Part shown: positions 1 to 12,725 of the stretch, piece by piece
Layout: every line of letters starts with the position of its first letter
Position numbering within the stretch: the stretch's first letter is position 1
DNA from: Yuukianura sp. NJ FZ-2021
Taxonomy: Eukaryota
Length of the DNA: 64,000 bases
NCBI GenBank assembly: GCA_046563655.1
Contig: CM102285.1
Coordinates: forward strand, 5,890,001 to 5,954,000
Direction of reading: 5' to 3'
Notes under the pieces: generated by a model
Databases searched by the model: none
What the model saw: only the letters and a program-made list of their open reading frames with translations
Told to the model about the DNA's origin: nothing
Translations under genes and position numbers: made by a program

Positions 1-228
1 TTTGATTGCAGTGTATTTAGGGATTAGAACGGACTCCACTATTGCAGAACAAAGTGCCAAAGGACAACTAGCAGGCAGTAGTAAGAGTACAAACAATATT
101 CTGGATTCCAGGCTCAATTTGCTCGGCCCTCCAATTGGCGTACCGTCAGAAAAAGTACTTCCTATCCTAGCCTGGTTTCTCGTATCCATGTAAGAAGAAA
201 TACTCACACGACTAATCATAACACCAGA
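1..228 (-). CDS. Possible exon of an unknown membrane protein running off the window edge
   Basis: Minus-strand frame open to base 1: MDTRNQARIG...SRILFVLLLLPASCPLALCSAIVESVLIPKY, with a hydrophobic stretch; no recognised motif. Confidence 0.2.
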
Positions 229-249
229 TTAAGGATTTGACGACATTAT

Positions 250-425
250 TTAGGTTGAGGATAGATGATTTGAGGTTTTAAGGATTGGGATACAATTGAG
301 GATGAGGTTTTGAAGATTTGAGGACTAGAAATCGAGTGAGGATAGAGGAGAAGAGTACTTGAGGATCGGGAATCGATTGAGGATAGAGGATTTGAGGACG
401 TCCTCTTTGAGGATGCCTGAGGGCA
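250..425. repeat. Degenerate (T)GAGGA-motif array, probable transposon subterminal repeat
   Basis: About a dozen irregularly spaced TGAGGA/GAGGAT motifs; no partner end identified. Confidence 0.4.
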
Positions 426-729
426 AACAAAAAAAATATGCAAATGGATACGAAAGAAATACACATCAAGAGAATACAAATCATAAAACTATTATGAAAT
501 TACATTGTACTTTTTTTTTCAGCATGTCAAACTTTCCTCGTCAACAGACCAAAAACTATCTGAAAAAATCACCTAAATTCCGAGATATTTTGTGAAACTA
601 TTATAAACAGGTATGGATTTTACCTTGATCCGGAGTCAAAAATGTCTTGGCGTTGATTTCTACATTAGAATTTGGTTTTATATTTGTTACGTTTTTGTCG
701 GTAATACCTAAAAAGCTGAGGATTGTTTT

Positions 730-1400
730 CAAAAAATTTATTTTGAAGCTGAATTGAAATAACAAATATGAAACCACATCCACGAATAGATAATCGCCAT
801 AAGATGCCAAAAATGGAAAATACGTCTCCACAGCCATCACAAGTTTATAGTTTTTATGTCTAATTTTCTGCCTATGTGTATTTTGTCTGAAGTTCACGAT
901 AGGAATGGACTCTTGTCCAGCAGAAGATGCGTCTTATCCAAACTTTCAATCAAAACCTAAAAAAGGGAACGTTTTTATCAAACTATTGTGTTGTAACCGT
1001 TGGTGTTCCTTTTAATTTTTGATGTCAAGGCAACTTAACTATTAAGTTGTTTTATTATCATCGTATTTACAAATGCCATAATTATTATGCCAGATTATGA
1101 TTATGTTATGTCATTGAGGAAATTCCAATTTGGCTGAGTTTCTTAACATAGTCAAACTTTTCCCAGTTTTGACACGCCCTACCTCAATTAAAAGTTAGTA
1201 CAAACAAAAATGGACAAATCGTTACAAAAGTAGCAAAAATACGTTAGAACAGAACCAACATGAGCAGCACAATGCAAAGGCAAAAAAGGAGGTTGGTAAT
1301 ATCCTAGTTTTTAAACGAAGGTGATGAAACTTATGTTAGTGAATAAAGCTAAGTTGTGTAAAACTTATGCAAATTTGTAATTGGTAAATGGTTATTTTCG
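730..1400 (-). pseudogene. Decayed gustatory-receptor-like (7TM chemoreceptor) relic, copy 1
   Basis: C-terminal frame KLVMAVETYFPFLASYGDYLFVDVVSYLLFQFSFK resembles the GR TM7 region; upstream hydrophobic frames contain stops; paralogous to 4652-5250. Confidence 0.4.
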
Positions 1401-1521
1401 TATTACGGATAATAGGATTTTTAAACTAAAACGCAAATTTTTTTTTGAAACTTTTGGAGGTAATTATAGAGAACTCAAAGGTGCGGAAAATTTGAATTAG
1501 AATGTGTGTTCGTGTTACATC

Positions 1522-1652
1522 AAAGACAAATGTCAATTAATTGGGGCACTTTTGTTGCCATCCGCTCGTCTTTTAAAGCTTCAAAACTCTTTTCTACTTT
1601 TGAGAGCAAGTTCCCGCCAGTGCGGACTGTGGGCGAGAGGAACACGTCTTTG
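1522..1652 (-). pseudogene. Orphan frameshifted terminal exon of a MATH-BTB gene
   Basis: SPHWRELALKSRKEF / DERMATKVPQLIDI aligns with the terminal exon at 7545-7685 but changes frame. Confidence 0.7.
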
Positions 1653-1668
1653 CTTTAAAAAATATTTT

Positions 1669-2124
1669 TTTTTTTTTGCGGGGTTTATTGACTTTAGCAT
1701 ATGCTCTATCAACAAGGGTTAGGGAATTTCTGGGTTGGGTTGAGGTCCTATGAGGTGGGGCGGTGGTACAGTCAGATAGTTGGCGAGAAGTACTGAGGGA
1801 AGGACGAAAGGCTTTCTGCTAGAGCTGAACGGGCTAGGGCCCTACCACATATCACAGCTCCAGGCAAGTGACAGGAACAGCATCGTACGCATACCGGCCC
1901 ACGACCCCCCTCCACAACAGCAACTACTGACCTCTTCACACGCACCCATAACCCCCCAAACTGACCTATCATCCGAACACCCCATCTGGGCTAGGAAAGT
2001 GGAAAAACCATTTCTGGAAAACGACTTTCGTGTCGGCGACGCCGGGACTCGAACCCGCGCCCGTCCAAGGTGTTAGTGGGATAGAGCCGGAGCTCTAGTC
2101 CCCCCGGCCTACGGGCCTTGGACT
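1669..2124 (-). mobile_element. tRNA-derived SINE
   Basis: GC-rich head with B-box GGTTCGAGTCC on minus (about 2044-2056); poly(A) tail seen as a T run ending at 1677; 15-bp TSD TTTAAAAAATATTTT at 1654-1668 and 2125-2139. Confidence 0.8.
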
Positions 2125-2223
2125 TTTAAAAAATATTTTGAAAAGTTAATTTAGTTATTTTTTTGAAATACATATTTGAAACATAATTCGAAACAAAACC
2201 ATTGTGAAAAAAAATCAATACTT

Positions 2224-4047
2224 TTATTTCCCTGCTGTTGCTTTAAGAAGTTCAAGAAACTCCTTCAAATTTGTGCGCGCAATTCCTTCCAATCCAGGAT
2301 TGTCAGCGATTGGCACATCGTTTCTACAAAAAGAGAATTAAGAATAAAAAGCAGAAGATAGGTGAGACTGAGTTTTGGAAATTCTTTTCAATTGCAATTT
2401 TCTTCAGCACTTACTGGAGAATGAACTGAATTGCCATTGATTTGAGACGGACAAGATTAAGGATGATTGCGTGCTTGACTATTTCAACTGCATTTTCCAT
2501 TGTCAAATTTTTTCCCAAAATGGACTCAGCTTCAAATTTTAACTTGTCCAGGTTGTAGTAATCTGCAATTTGTAGAAACTCTGAAGCTAATGCTGGTGTT
2601 TGGTGTTACCACAGTGAGATCATCAGAGTACAAGTACTTCAACATTCCCTGGACAACTTCCGGACAGAATTCATCAATTTTGATGCAGCTGGATGCAGCT
2701 TCTTTCATTGGCGCCTCTAACATGGCTCTGAACACTTTACTTCGTGCTAAAAATTTCGGAGTGAAATCAATTTGTTTGTTTTTTTACAAAGAAATTTGAT
2801 ATGAAGACTTGCGCCAAGCGTTTGCGTATTAGTGAGCTGGAAAAGAAGGAATACTCACCAGCTAGTACGAGTTTGTGAGCTGGAAATGTTTCTTCACCAG
2901 AGCAAATTGTGACGTCAAATAAAGTTGGATTTTGCAAGAATGCGGTAATATCAGAAGTCCAACCCGAAGCGTCATTGTCACTGATATTTGTTCCTAGTCC
3001 GGTTTGATTCACTGGCCTTTTCACCAAGCGTAATTGGATTCTGAGGTTGTGTGAGAATGCAAAAGTAAGGTTGGCAGCAGCGTTAGCCACTGCACCATGG
3101 TTACCTCCTGGCCCACTGGAGGCCAACAACCAGACTTTGCATTCTCGATGTGACTGGCCTAGTCACATCTACTCGGCTTCCCCACATCCTCCCCCGCTTT
3201 AAGACGTGGCCCCCACGTCTACCACCAGTCTACCTCCTCTCAGTTGCCATTGTGCAGTAACGAGTCCAGTCTGTGGCAGATGCTAAATATAACTTTAACC
3301 GTCGACGTAATTCTTTCATCCGCAGAACTAATATCCTTTCCTTTGATAACAAGAAAGAATATTTATATATCAAAATGCATCATAACACATGAATTTCACA
3401 TCAGCACACAATAAAGCGATGCTACCAATAAAGTAATGAAGGTAATATCATAAAAAGGGAAATTCCACATAACTTATTACAGTATTATCTACGAACCTTG
3501 CTGATATCTGTCTGGATCGAATATTTTTCCGTGCTTATCCAGAACGTGTATGACGGGTCTAACCCATACAGTGCCATCCTCGTCTACCAAAGCGAAAGAA
3601 ATGTTATCTCTTACATATTATTGTTTTCGAATATTTTTGCGTGAGACTTATTTTCTTACCGCCATTCTGGTAGATCAAAGATATATATTGGCTGGTTTGC
3701 CCTAGCAAGCGCAGACGAAGCTTCCTATGAAATTTACGAAAAAATTATTTGGAGTATAATAAATAATTATATTAGTTATTATAAAATATGATGTATAAGT
3801 CTTCACCAGGCATTTCCTTGATCGTCATAGAAACAAGCCGATTCAAGCGAAAAGTCAGGATCGGGCATTTTAAAATCAAGACAAGTCCAGATATGTATAA
3901 AGTCTTTTGGCTGAATAACCTAACAGCATAATAGCCCAAAATACAAATAAAATTTCGAAAATGACCCACATTTGAAGAATTGTGTTAGATTTTGAAAATT
4001 ATTAATTTTAGTTACTGACTAACCTTTGTCCAACTAGCAGTGCTCAT
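2224..4047 (-). pseudogene. MATH-BTB (SPOP-like) gene copy A, disrupted
   Basis: Exon 1 MSTASWTK|gt; BTB motifs FDVTICSGEETFPAHKLVLA and VFRAMLEAPMKE...MLKYLYSDD; frameshift after VVTP; solo LTR inside an exon. Confidence 0.85.
3050..3242. mobile_element. Solo LTR (193 bp) inserted in an exon of copy A
   Basis: TGTGAG...CTCTCA termini; 4-bp TSD GTTG (3046-3049, 3243-3246); removal restores ATTCTGAGGTTGCCATTGTGCAG as in the paralog at about 9160. Confidence 0.8.
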
Positions 4048-4651
4048 GTCTATCACTGATTCTTGGGCAGTTCTGCGCGATTCCAAAAGTGCGCTTTGGT
4101 TATTTTGTGGAAAAAATGGAAACTTAACTTTGCAAGTAGTGTTATCTTACTAAAAGATAAATGTGGTGTCGCAGTTTCGGTTAACGTTCAAGTGGAAATT
4201 GAACAAAGGGCGAGCTCAGTTTGTTTTCAGAAATTGAAACAGAACGCGAATAAGTTGAAAGGTATTTCTAAAATGGGTTTTAGGATTCACAGAATCGTTT
4301 CTTTACTACGTTTGGATGTTAAATTTTCGTCGTAAAGTTTTGTGTGCGTTTATGTTTATGCGTTTGAATTTTTAGGTTCCTATTGTTTTCAAAACTAAAG
4401 GGTTCTCTGCAAGCGTTTGGCGAGAGAAGCGTATTGATTAGATTTGCCGAGTATTGGTTTTTTTATGCTCAAATTTAACCGAAGAATCAGTCTGAATTTA
4501 TTACACTGATCATTAAAATAATTCAAAGTTATTATAATGTAGACGTGGATAAAAAAAAGTCAAATAGAAAAGAAAAAGATGTTTTGCAAAAGCCTTGTGC
4601 ATTTAGTACAAATGTGTCCTATGTGCTGACAATTTCCAAGAAGATTTCTTT

Positions 4652-5250
4652 TCAAAAATTTATTTTGAAGCTGAATAAAAGTAACAAAAATGAAACCACA
4701 GTCCCAAAAAGATAACCTCCATAAGACGCCAAAAACGGAAAATACGACTTCACTCCCATCACAAGTTTATAGTTTTTCGAATTCTTTGATTCCTAAGTCG
4801 TTTTTGTCTGAAATCCGGAATAGGAATGGCCTTTTGTATACCAAATGCGTACTTTAAGAGTCTTTTGTGAATTTGGGTGAAAACTTCGTGGTGGTAACAC
4901 TTGGTTAGTGTTTACAAATGTCGTAATCTTTATGTCCAATGTGATGCTACGCAATAACGTCATTTAGGAAATTCCGTTTTGGCTGAGTTTCTTAACCTAG
5001 TCAAAACTTCTGCAAATCTTGACAAGCCGTGACCTCAATTTCAAAAGTAGCAGAAACCAAAAATGGAAAAATTACTACAAAAATCGACAAACTTACTATT
5101 AGTTAATAAATAAGTCAAAGTATAAGCAACATGTATTGCATAACGCAAAAAAAAATATTGACAAAAACATTGTTAGAAATGGAGTTGATGAAACTTAAAT
5201 TAGTCAATGCTTGTGTAAGTTGTGTAAATATTGAAAATTTTTACTAAATG
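4652..5250 (-). pseudogene. Decayed gustatory-receptor-like relic, copy 2
   Basis: KLVMGVKSYFPFLASYGGYLFGTVVSFLLLLFSFKINF*; synonymous differences versus copy 1; stops in upstream hydrophobic frames. Confidence 0.4.
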
Positions 5251-5377
5251 TTTTTCGAATTACAGATAAATGGATTTTTGACACAATATAAATTTTAAGT
5301 TATCAATATGTTACTCGGTTTTTAATAAATATAACATTCAGATATTTTAAAACTTAAGATTTTGAAATTTACATTAC

Positions 5378-5400
5378 CTGAGTCCAACTGGCAGTGTTAA
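5378..5400 (-). pseudogene. Orphan first exon of a lost MATH-BTB copy
   Basis: NTASWTQ|GTAATG matches exon 1 of the paralogs (MSTASWTK, MDVASWTE) but lacks the ATG and downstream exons. Confidence 0.55.
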
Positions 5401-5817
5401 TTTCTTCTACTAATTGACTGATCGAACTAAAAACCGCTTTAATTTCAAGTAACTATATGACTTGCCCTTCGATTTTAACGTAGCTTTTCTTTAAACTTTT
5501 TTTTAACTTTAACTGTGACTAAAAACCCCGGCAAAAACAGAAAAAACGACACAGAAAAGAGTCAAGTCCAGGACATCCAGAAGTTTTCATTGAAATTTTA
5601 TGATTACCAGTTCCAAAGTGAATATTTTTTTGTTGATATTTTTAGACTCTCAATTTTTGTTGGAAATTTTTGTGTTTCTTTTTTTGCTTTTGTAATGCTT
5701 TGTTTTCTAAAAACGTCCAGGCTTGAGGTGTACCTTGACGATGAATTTTACCAATTGTGTTACATTACATGCAACTGCTGAACAAAGGCACTCTACTTTT
5801 TCATGTTAAATTGAAAC

Positions 5818-6228
5818 TAGTGCTTCAAGTTCGGGCCAAAAATGAAAAGTTCGAACTTCGAACCTAAGTTCGAACTTTCTGAAGAGCAAGTTCGAACTTT
5901 CGAACCTTTTTTTACATGCAAAAAGCAAGGGGCGGTGAAAAAAATGGCGAGGGTGATAAATTTCGCAATTCACATCCGAAGTGCATTTCCCCCTGTATTT
6001 GAATTTTTTTCAAAAACTAACTTAAAACAATAGGTTTAAAGTGAACTAAAACTACTTTCTGAGGGAATATGCCTCGGTTTTTGTTGAAATCCATGCATTG
6101 TTGAATTATTTGCCAATATTAGCGGGTAACTTCGAACTTTTTTGGCTGGGGTTTGAACTTCGAACCTATGAAAACACCCAGGTTCGAGTTCGGAAGTTCG
6201 AACTCTAAAGTTCGAACTTGAAGCACTA
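5818..6228. mobile_element. hAT-type MITE
   Basis: TIR TAGTGCTTCAAGTTCG...CGAACTTGAAGCACTA; 8-bp TSD ATTGAAAC; TTCGAA subterminal repeats. Confidence 0.9.
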
Positions 6229-6595
6229 ATTGAAACGCATTTGAAATTCTTATTTTCTGAAAACCTAAGATTAAGTTTGATTAATTTTGGATTGTCAATG
6301 GTTAGAGACGGGGGTTTGACACAATGGACGTATTTTTTGACCTTATGAGAAATGATGAGAAGAAAGGCTGAAATTTTCTCAAGAACATTTCCGATTGATA
6401 AATTTTGTACTTCAAAATGAAGTCCACACCAAATTTTCGTTTGTCCGGACTGTTTAAATTTGTAGTCTCAATTCCGTAATAGTCTGGATTTGTTTCTGCC
6501 GTAGCAGATCTAAATGATACTTAGTGATAGACGGTTGGTTTCATATTTACAGATAAAAGAATTTTTTGAACAAATAAAAACAAGTTCGATTGAGT

Positions 6596-7440
6596 GGGAG
6601 CACGCGATTGGTTCAAATGAATTGGTTCTAAACACTTTGGTTCGAAGGAATTGGTTCAAATCGAATTGGTTTTAAAGGTAAATTGGTTCTAACGGTAAAT
6701 TGGTTCAAACAAAATTGGTTCTAAAAAAATTGGTTCTAAAGGTAAATTGGTTCTAAAGGTAAATTGCTTCAAATCATGTTGGTTCTAAAAGAATTGTTTC
6801 CAACGCCGAATTGCTTCTAAAAAAATTTCGAATTTGCGTACTAGTTCGTAATTTAGTTGTTTGTTGCAAAAATGTTTATTTTAACAAAATCAAATATCAT
6901 TATGAAAAATGTTTGAAAACCAAGAAATTAGCAACAATGGCCATCAGGAGTAAAAAAGCGCGTAACGAAAAAACACAATTCAACTCTAGTTCAGTTTCTA
7001 AAACTAATTTCAAATTACCCAATTAGACTATAAATACTAACCTATAAGCTTAACAAAGTAATACCAAACATTACAAAACTAAAACTATCAGTAGGACGCA
7101 TGAGAATTAACCAGAAAGTAATTTAAACATAAAACCCAATGTTGTGGGCAACACCTTCCAAATAATCTGTAACTGGCAAATTCATTTTGTGAAGAACTTT
7201 TTAATATTTTTTGAAGCAAATTACCTTTAGAACCAATTTGGGTTTAGAAACAATTTTTTTTAGAAGCAATTCGGCGTTGGAAACAATTCTTTTAGAACCA
7301 ACATGATTTGAAGCAATTTACCTTTAGAACCAATTTTTTTACAACCAATTTTGTTTGAACCAATTTACCTTTAGAACCAATTCGATTTGAACCAATTCCT
7401 TCGAACCAAAGTTTTTAGAACCAATTCATTTGACCCAATG
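6596..7440. mobile_element. Foldback Mutator-like non-autonomous element (AATTGGTTC arrays)
   Basis: Inverted arrays of AATTGGTTC/GAACCAATT; left end GGGAGCACGC shared with the element at 50315; flanking direct repeat GATTGAGT. Confidence 0.75.
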
Positions 7441-7544
7441 GATTGAGTTGCTTCAGGAATTAAGTCGATTAGTAGAAACTTCTGTCAGTAATTGGAAAAC
7501 TCAAAATTTCTAAAAATGTGAATTGAATTGTGTTAAATTTAAAT

Positions 7545-9682
7545 TTAAGCCTGAAGAAGAATATCAACTAATTGAGGCACTTTCGTTGACATCCGCTCGT
7601 CCTTAACAAGTTCCAGAAACTCTTTCCTACTTTTCAGCGCCAGTTCCTGTAGATGTGGACTCCTGGCAACGACGACATTTTTACTTTGAAAAATCAGAAA
7701 AGGATAATTATTGATTTTGAAATTATAAGTATATAACTTTTTATAGTATTTTTGGAAATTGTACTTTAATTAAATAGTCGGTCTTACCTACCGATGAACT
7801 CAATTGCACATGATTTGAGGCTGTCAAGTCGGTAGTTTGTTGCCAGCGTGAGATACTCGGCGGCATTTATGAGTGTCAGAGATTTGGCCATAATTGACTC
7901 AGCTTCACACTTCAATTTGTCCGGGTTGAAGAAATCTGCAATTTGCAGACATTCAGAAGCGAGTGCTGGAGTAACAACAGTGACGTCATCGGAGCACAAG
8001 TACTTCAGCATTTCCCTCACAACTGGTGCAGAAAACTCTTCAATTTTGATGCTGTTGGATGCCGATTCTTTCATCGGTGTTTCCAGCCAGACATGGGAAA
8101 GGGTACCAATTTTGGCTACCCGCCCTCTCATTTCGCGAATAAGGTATCAATTTTCGATACCCACCCTCCCAGCTAATTTTTAAAAAATACCCTACCCTAC
8201 CCTACCCTACCCTATTGGAAATTCACAAAAAAATACCCGCCCTCCCAACAGGGTCCCATCAAGGCCCTGAAATACCCTGGTCGCATTTTTCCCTAGACAT
8301 CTAAGATGTTAATGTACTAGAAGTTAACAAACAATAATAACATATAATAAAATACGTATAAAATAATAATCCACATAATATATAATATTACTACGTAATA
8401 TAAATATAAAATATAATAATAATAAATAATTATTATATAAAAAATATAATAATAGTATCCTTTACGAGTATACAGGTAGAAAAAACATGTCATGGACTTA
8501 TGCTACACAAATATATTTAGGCAGATGTATGAAACAAGGTAAATATGATACATTTCTATGGCGCCGCATTGACTTTCTACTCTTCTACTCAAGGGAAGAA
8601 GGAGAAATTGAAAAAAATAAATTCAACAGGGTATTTCAGGGTACCCTTACCCAATTCAAAAATTACCCTACCCTGCTCGATTTTAAAATTTAAAACACCC
8701 TACCTTACCCTACCCTATTCGATTTGCTACCCTACCCACCCAAGCCCTATAGGGTATGGGAGGGTACAGGGTAACCCTGTTCAACAGGGCCCCTTTCCCA
8801 TGTCTGTTTCCAGCATAGCCTTGAAAACTGGACTTCGTGCTGAAAATTTTGGCGGGAAAAAGTTTTCTTTAAATGTTTCAAAATTTTAAATTGAAACCGC
8901 TACAGCGTTATTCAGTACTTTAGGTTTCTAGAGTCTCTTTGTCTAAATCTGGCTAGTGAAGTACTTTACCTGCAAGTATGGGTTTGTGCGCTTGAAATTT
9001 TTCTGTTCCGGAACAAATCGTTAAGTCAAAAAAAAATCCCATTTTCATAAAGTGAACTGAAATCGGACATGAAAGGAGATGGCGCATTGTTGTCAACTTC
9101 ACGTTCTTTTAAGCCCAGTCCTGATTGGCGCACTAGATCCTTCAACAAGCGAAGTTGAATTCTGAGGTTGCCATTGTGCAGTAACAATCCCAATTTATCC
9201 TTGAGATCAAATCCAAGTTTAAAGGGTACGCTAGACTTTGTACTGAAGTTGACCGGAGTTGCTACTTAGAAAGCAAACATTCGAGAGTAAACAATAATTA
9301 AATTAAAATCATACACATCGTAATAAAAATCATAAAAATTGTAGTATCTACCTTCACTCCACCCTTCTGCTTCAAAGATATTTCCGTTCTTGTCCAGTAA
9401 GTTTATAGCAGGCGTAATTGTAATTTTTCCTAGGTAGTAAAAAGTTGTTTTCAAAAGTTTTTGCACATATATTTGCAATAGTATATTAATAGTATTTATA
9501 GAAATTATTTATGCGTGTGTTACCTGTGGCGTTGTAAACTAAACCAATGAAATAGGAAATAGGAAATCCTCGTGAAACAGTTCCAGTTGCCTAAATCAAC
9601 ATACTTCCTTGATTTTGTGTTGAGTACTTAGAGGGGGAATTGGTTTATGAACAGACTTGCCATAAATATTTAGTTCCCATGC
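7545..9682 (-). pseudogene. MATH-BTB gene copy B, BTB exon split by a MITE
   Basis: Exons AWELNIY.., ITPAINLLDKNGNIFE, HNGNLRIQLRL...QAHKPILA, ARSPVFKAMLE|TPMKES...AIEFIG and terminal SKNVVVARSPHLQ...LLQA*; exons 1-2 not found. Confidence 0.85.
8088..8806. mobile_element. hAT-type MITE in a coding exon
   Basis: TIR CAGACATGGGAAAGGG...CCCTTTCCCATGTCTG; 8-bp TSD TTTCCAGC; TACCC subterminal repeats. Confidence 0.92.
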
Positions 9683-10522
9683 CTGTAATGTTAACAAAAT
9701 CAATATTTCGGGTCCTTCCGTTGTAAGTAAGTAAACTGAAAGTTGTATTTTAATTTAAACCAAACTGGTGATTTTTTTAACGTTGACTTTTAACTAAAAT
9801 CCCGCCAACCCACGAAAAAATATAGACGTATTTTCATCTAAGTTGAGTTTAATCTACGCGGATGTATGAATGTGTTGAAAAGTCCTTAGGGTTGGCTTAG
9901 GTTGTTTCGGAAAAATTTCTGCAAAACCATGAAGTAAACTGTGAAGGTTTCCTTTGAAACAGGATTAACAGTTCGAAATGGACCTTTTTTGGTAGATATT
10001 CTTGGAAATTCAGTTTTTAGAAGTTCAAAAAGTTTTATGCATGAGTATGGGTTTTAACACTTTAACCTTCGGTTTACCTGAAACTCTTTAACTTAACTAC
10101 TTAACAATAAATAATAAATCATTGCTTACAGAAAATAAAAAAAAATCAGAGAAGCTTGAAAGAATTTTTTCTTTTTGTTATTTTTAGTAACGCCAATTTT
10201 TTCGGAATTAGTTTTCAGTTATTGCTGCTGCTACTTCTACTAACTACTTGAAGTTAAATTTATTGTACAATATTTTTTAGAACTGTCAATTCGGTCACAT
10301 TGAGGTATTCCTTAGTACTAAATTATAGAAGAAAAACAATTCCACAAAACGAAACTCTTGGTTTACTCAACGAAACCAATAATCAAAACAACTTACCAGA
10401 GTTTACATAAGCTTACATAGTTACATTAGTAATATAAATTCAAAGATAATTCTTTGTTACTTATTAATTGAACATCACCACTCATGTTCTTGCGGCAGTT
10501 AAGTTGACATTTCGTCTTTAAA

Positions 10523-12539
10523 TTAAGTTTCAGAAACTTTTCGTTTTCTGGAGTGCTTCCTAGCTTCAATTGCTAGGACAGGAGACTGCCCTGATTTAAA
10601 AGTTTCTCATTTTTTTGTGTACAGATTTTTCGGATTCATTTAATTAGATAGTGACTCACCCTTTAACGATCTGGAAACCTTAGTAGCGATGCTAATTAAT
10701 TCCGAGACTTTTGTTGAAAACCGATCATCTTTAACGAGTTCTAAAAAGTCCGCCAAATTTTCGCGCGCATGCTGTTCCAATTCCGGACTGTCGGCGACGA
10801 CAACGTTTTCGCTTTAAGAAAATATAAAAAAAATCAAATTAGAAACTTTTAATTTTGTTAAGACTTTCCCTTGGGAACTGTGTGGAATTTTGAAGTTATG
10901 AAAATTTTGAAAGAGCTAACCGAACAATGAAGTCAATTGTATATGACTTGAGGCTGTCAAGTCTGTAGGTTATGGCCTGAGTGAGAACCTCTGCTACGTT
11001 TTCCTGAGTTAAATTCTTAGACAAAATGGACTCCGCCTCCGATTTTAATTTGTCCAGGCAGTGAAAATCTGCAATTTGTATAAATGCTGGAGCCACTGCT
11101 GGAGTGACAACAGTCACATCATCTGAGTACAAGTACTTCAACATTCCCCTCCCCATTTCTGGAGAGAAGTCATCAATTCTGATGCAGTTTGTTTCAGCTT
11201 CCTTCATTGGAGCTTCCAGCATGGCCTTGAACACTGAACTAAATTAAATTTGCAAAAAAAAAACGTTAAATAAAACGTTTAAAAAAAATTTAAAGCTGTT
11301 GCGAAAAAAGGTCGAACTAAGACGATAATGAAATACTCACCGGCTAGTATCGCTTTGTGCGCTGGGAATGTTTGCAATCCGAAGCGAATTGAAACGTCAG
11401 AAAAAGTGGCATTTTGAAAAATTAAATTCAAATCGGAACTCAACGTAAACGGAGCATTGCTTTCGAGCACTTCTGATCCTAGTACGGATTGTTGCACTGG
11501 ACTCCTCAGCATGCGTAACTGGATTCTGAGGTTGCCAGTGTGCAGTAAACATTCCAATCGGTCATTCACGTCAAATTTGAGTTTAGCCCACCAAATGTTG
11601 CCGCTATCACTAAGTTGGACAGGACTTTCTTTTTAAAATAAAAAAAAGAGGTAAATATTACGACGCATGAGTTGTACATAAGTACAAGCTAAAATGATAC
11701 TACAATACCTAATATTATACATAGTATTAGATATTGTAGTATTGTTTTATTATATACCACAGAGTTATGTAATGCCACAAAAGTGAAACTATATTTTTTA
11801 TAATAACGAGTTATTATAAGAACCTGGTTGATATCCTTCTTCAAATATTCTCCCGTGCTTATCCAAAAAGTGAATCACAGGTAGGTTAGGTTAGGTTAGG
11901 CTGATCTGAAAAAGCAAAAAAAATTTCACATATACATTCACTATATGTATGCCTTGCCTTTTTAGCAAGGCAACGTTTTTCCAAAATTAAAAATTAAATA
12001 AGTACTTATATGTGTTAAATATTAATAATAATAATAGACTAATAATAATAATACCAATAATAAATAATAATAATAATAATAATATAAGTATAATTATGAA
12101 TATGATATGTTTTAAACTGTAATGTACTTTACCGCCATTCATGTACGTCAAACCTATGATTTGTTTTGAGTTGTCCAAATCAAAAAAAAGCTTCCTAAAT
12201 AAGTTACAATAATTTTTCCAAGTAAGTAAAGAATAATATTGGTAATTCTAAAGAACGAATTATTCATCTTTACCATAACAACTTTTGATCGTCATAAAAA
12301 CAAGTCGATTCAAGTACAATGTGATGGTTGGGAATGGTACAGTCAAGACAAGTCCAGACATGTACAAAGTCTTTCGGCTGAGTAACCTAACAGTGATGAC
12401 AGAAAAGAGAAAACACAAAGGAAATGTTTAAATTAAATTTTGAATTTCAAAAATGTTTAACTTTTGTGGAATTGATGCTAGATTTTGAGTATCGTAAACT
12501 TTAGTTCATACAACCTTTAGTCCAACTGGCGCTGCTCAT
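10523..12539 (-). pseudogene. MATH-BTB gene copy C, probably pseudogenised
   Basis: Full exon set: MATH-like KDFVHVWTC..LESTCF..W, intact BTB exons, and an extra terminal exon GQSPVLAIEARKHSRKRKVSET* (basic NLS-like tail). Exon 1 is out of phase by 1 nt and exon 4 has a TTAGG run that introduces stops. Confidence 0.75.
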
Positions 12540-12725
12540 CACTGGTTATTTTGTGGAAAAATTAACAAATTGAGTTTTCAGATAACGTTATAATATTTAA
12601 GATGTATTGAATGCCTTTGTGCTAGTTACCTTTCAATTGCAAACTAAACAAAAGAAGAGAAACTGGACAGTTTTTTTCAGAAAACGGAGCAGAATGGTAA
12701 TAAAAGTTGAAAGGGCATGCTGAAG

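Noticed and set aside
2030..2120. tRNA gene
   Set aside because: Has a B-box but no convincing cloverleaf; it is the head of a poly(A)-tailed, TSD-flanked SINE.
11987..12178. Hydrophobic ORF (IIILILLLLLL)
   Set aside because: Read-through from BTB exon 3 into an intronic (TAA)n microsatellite.
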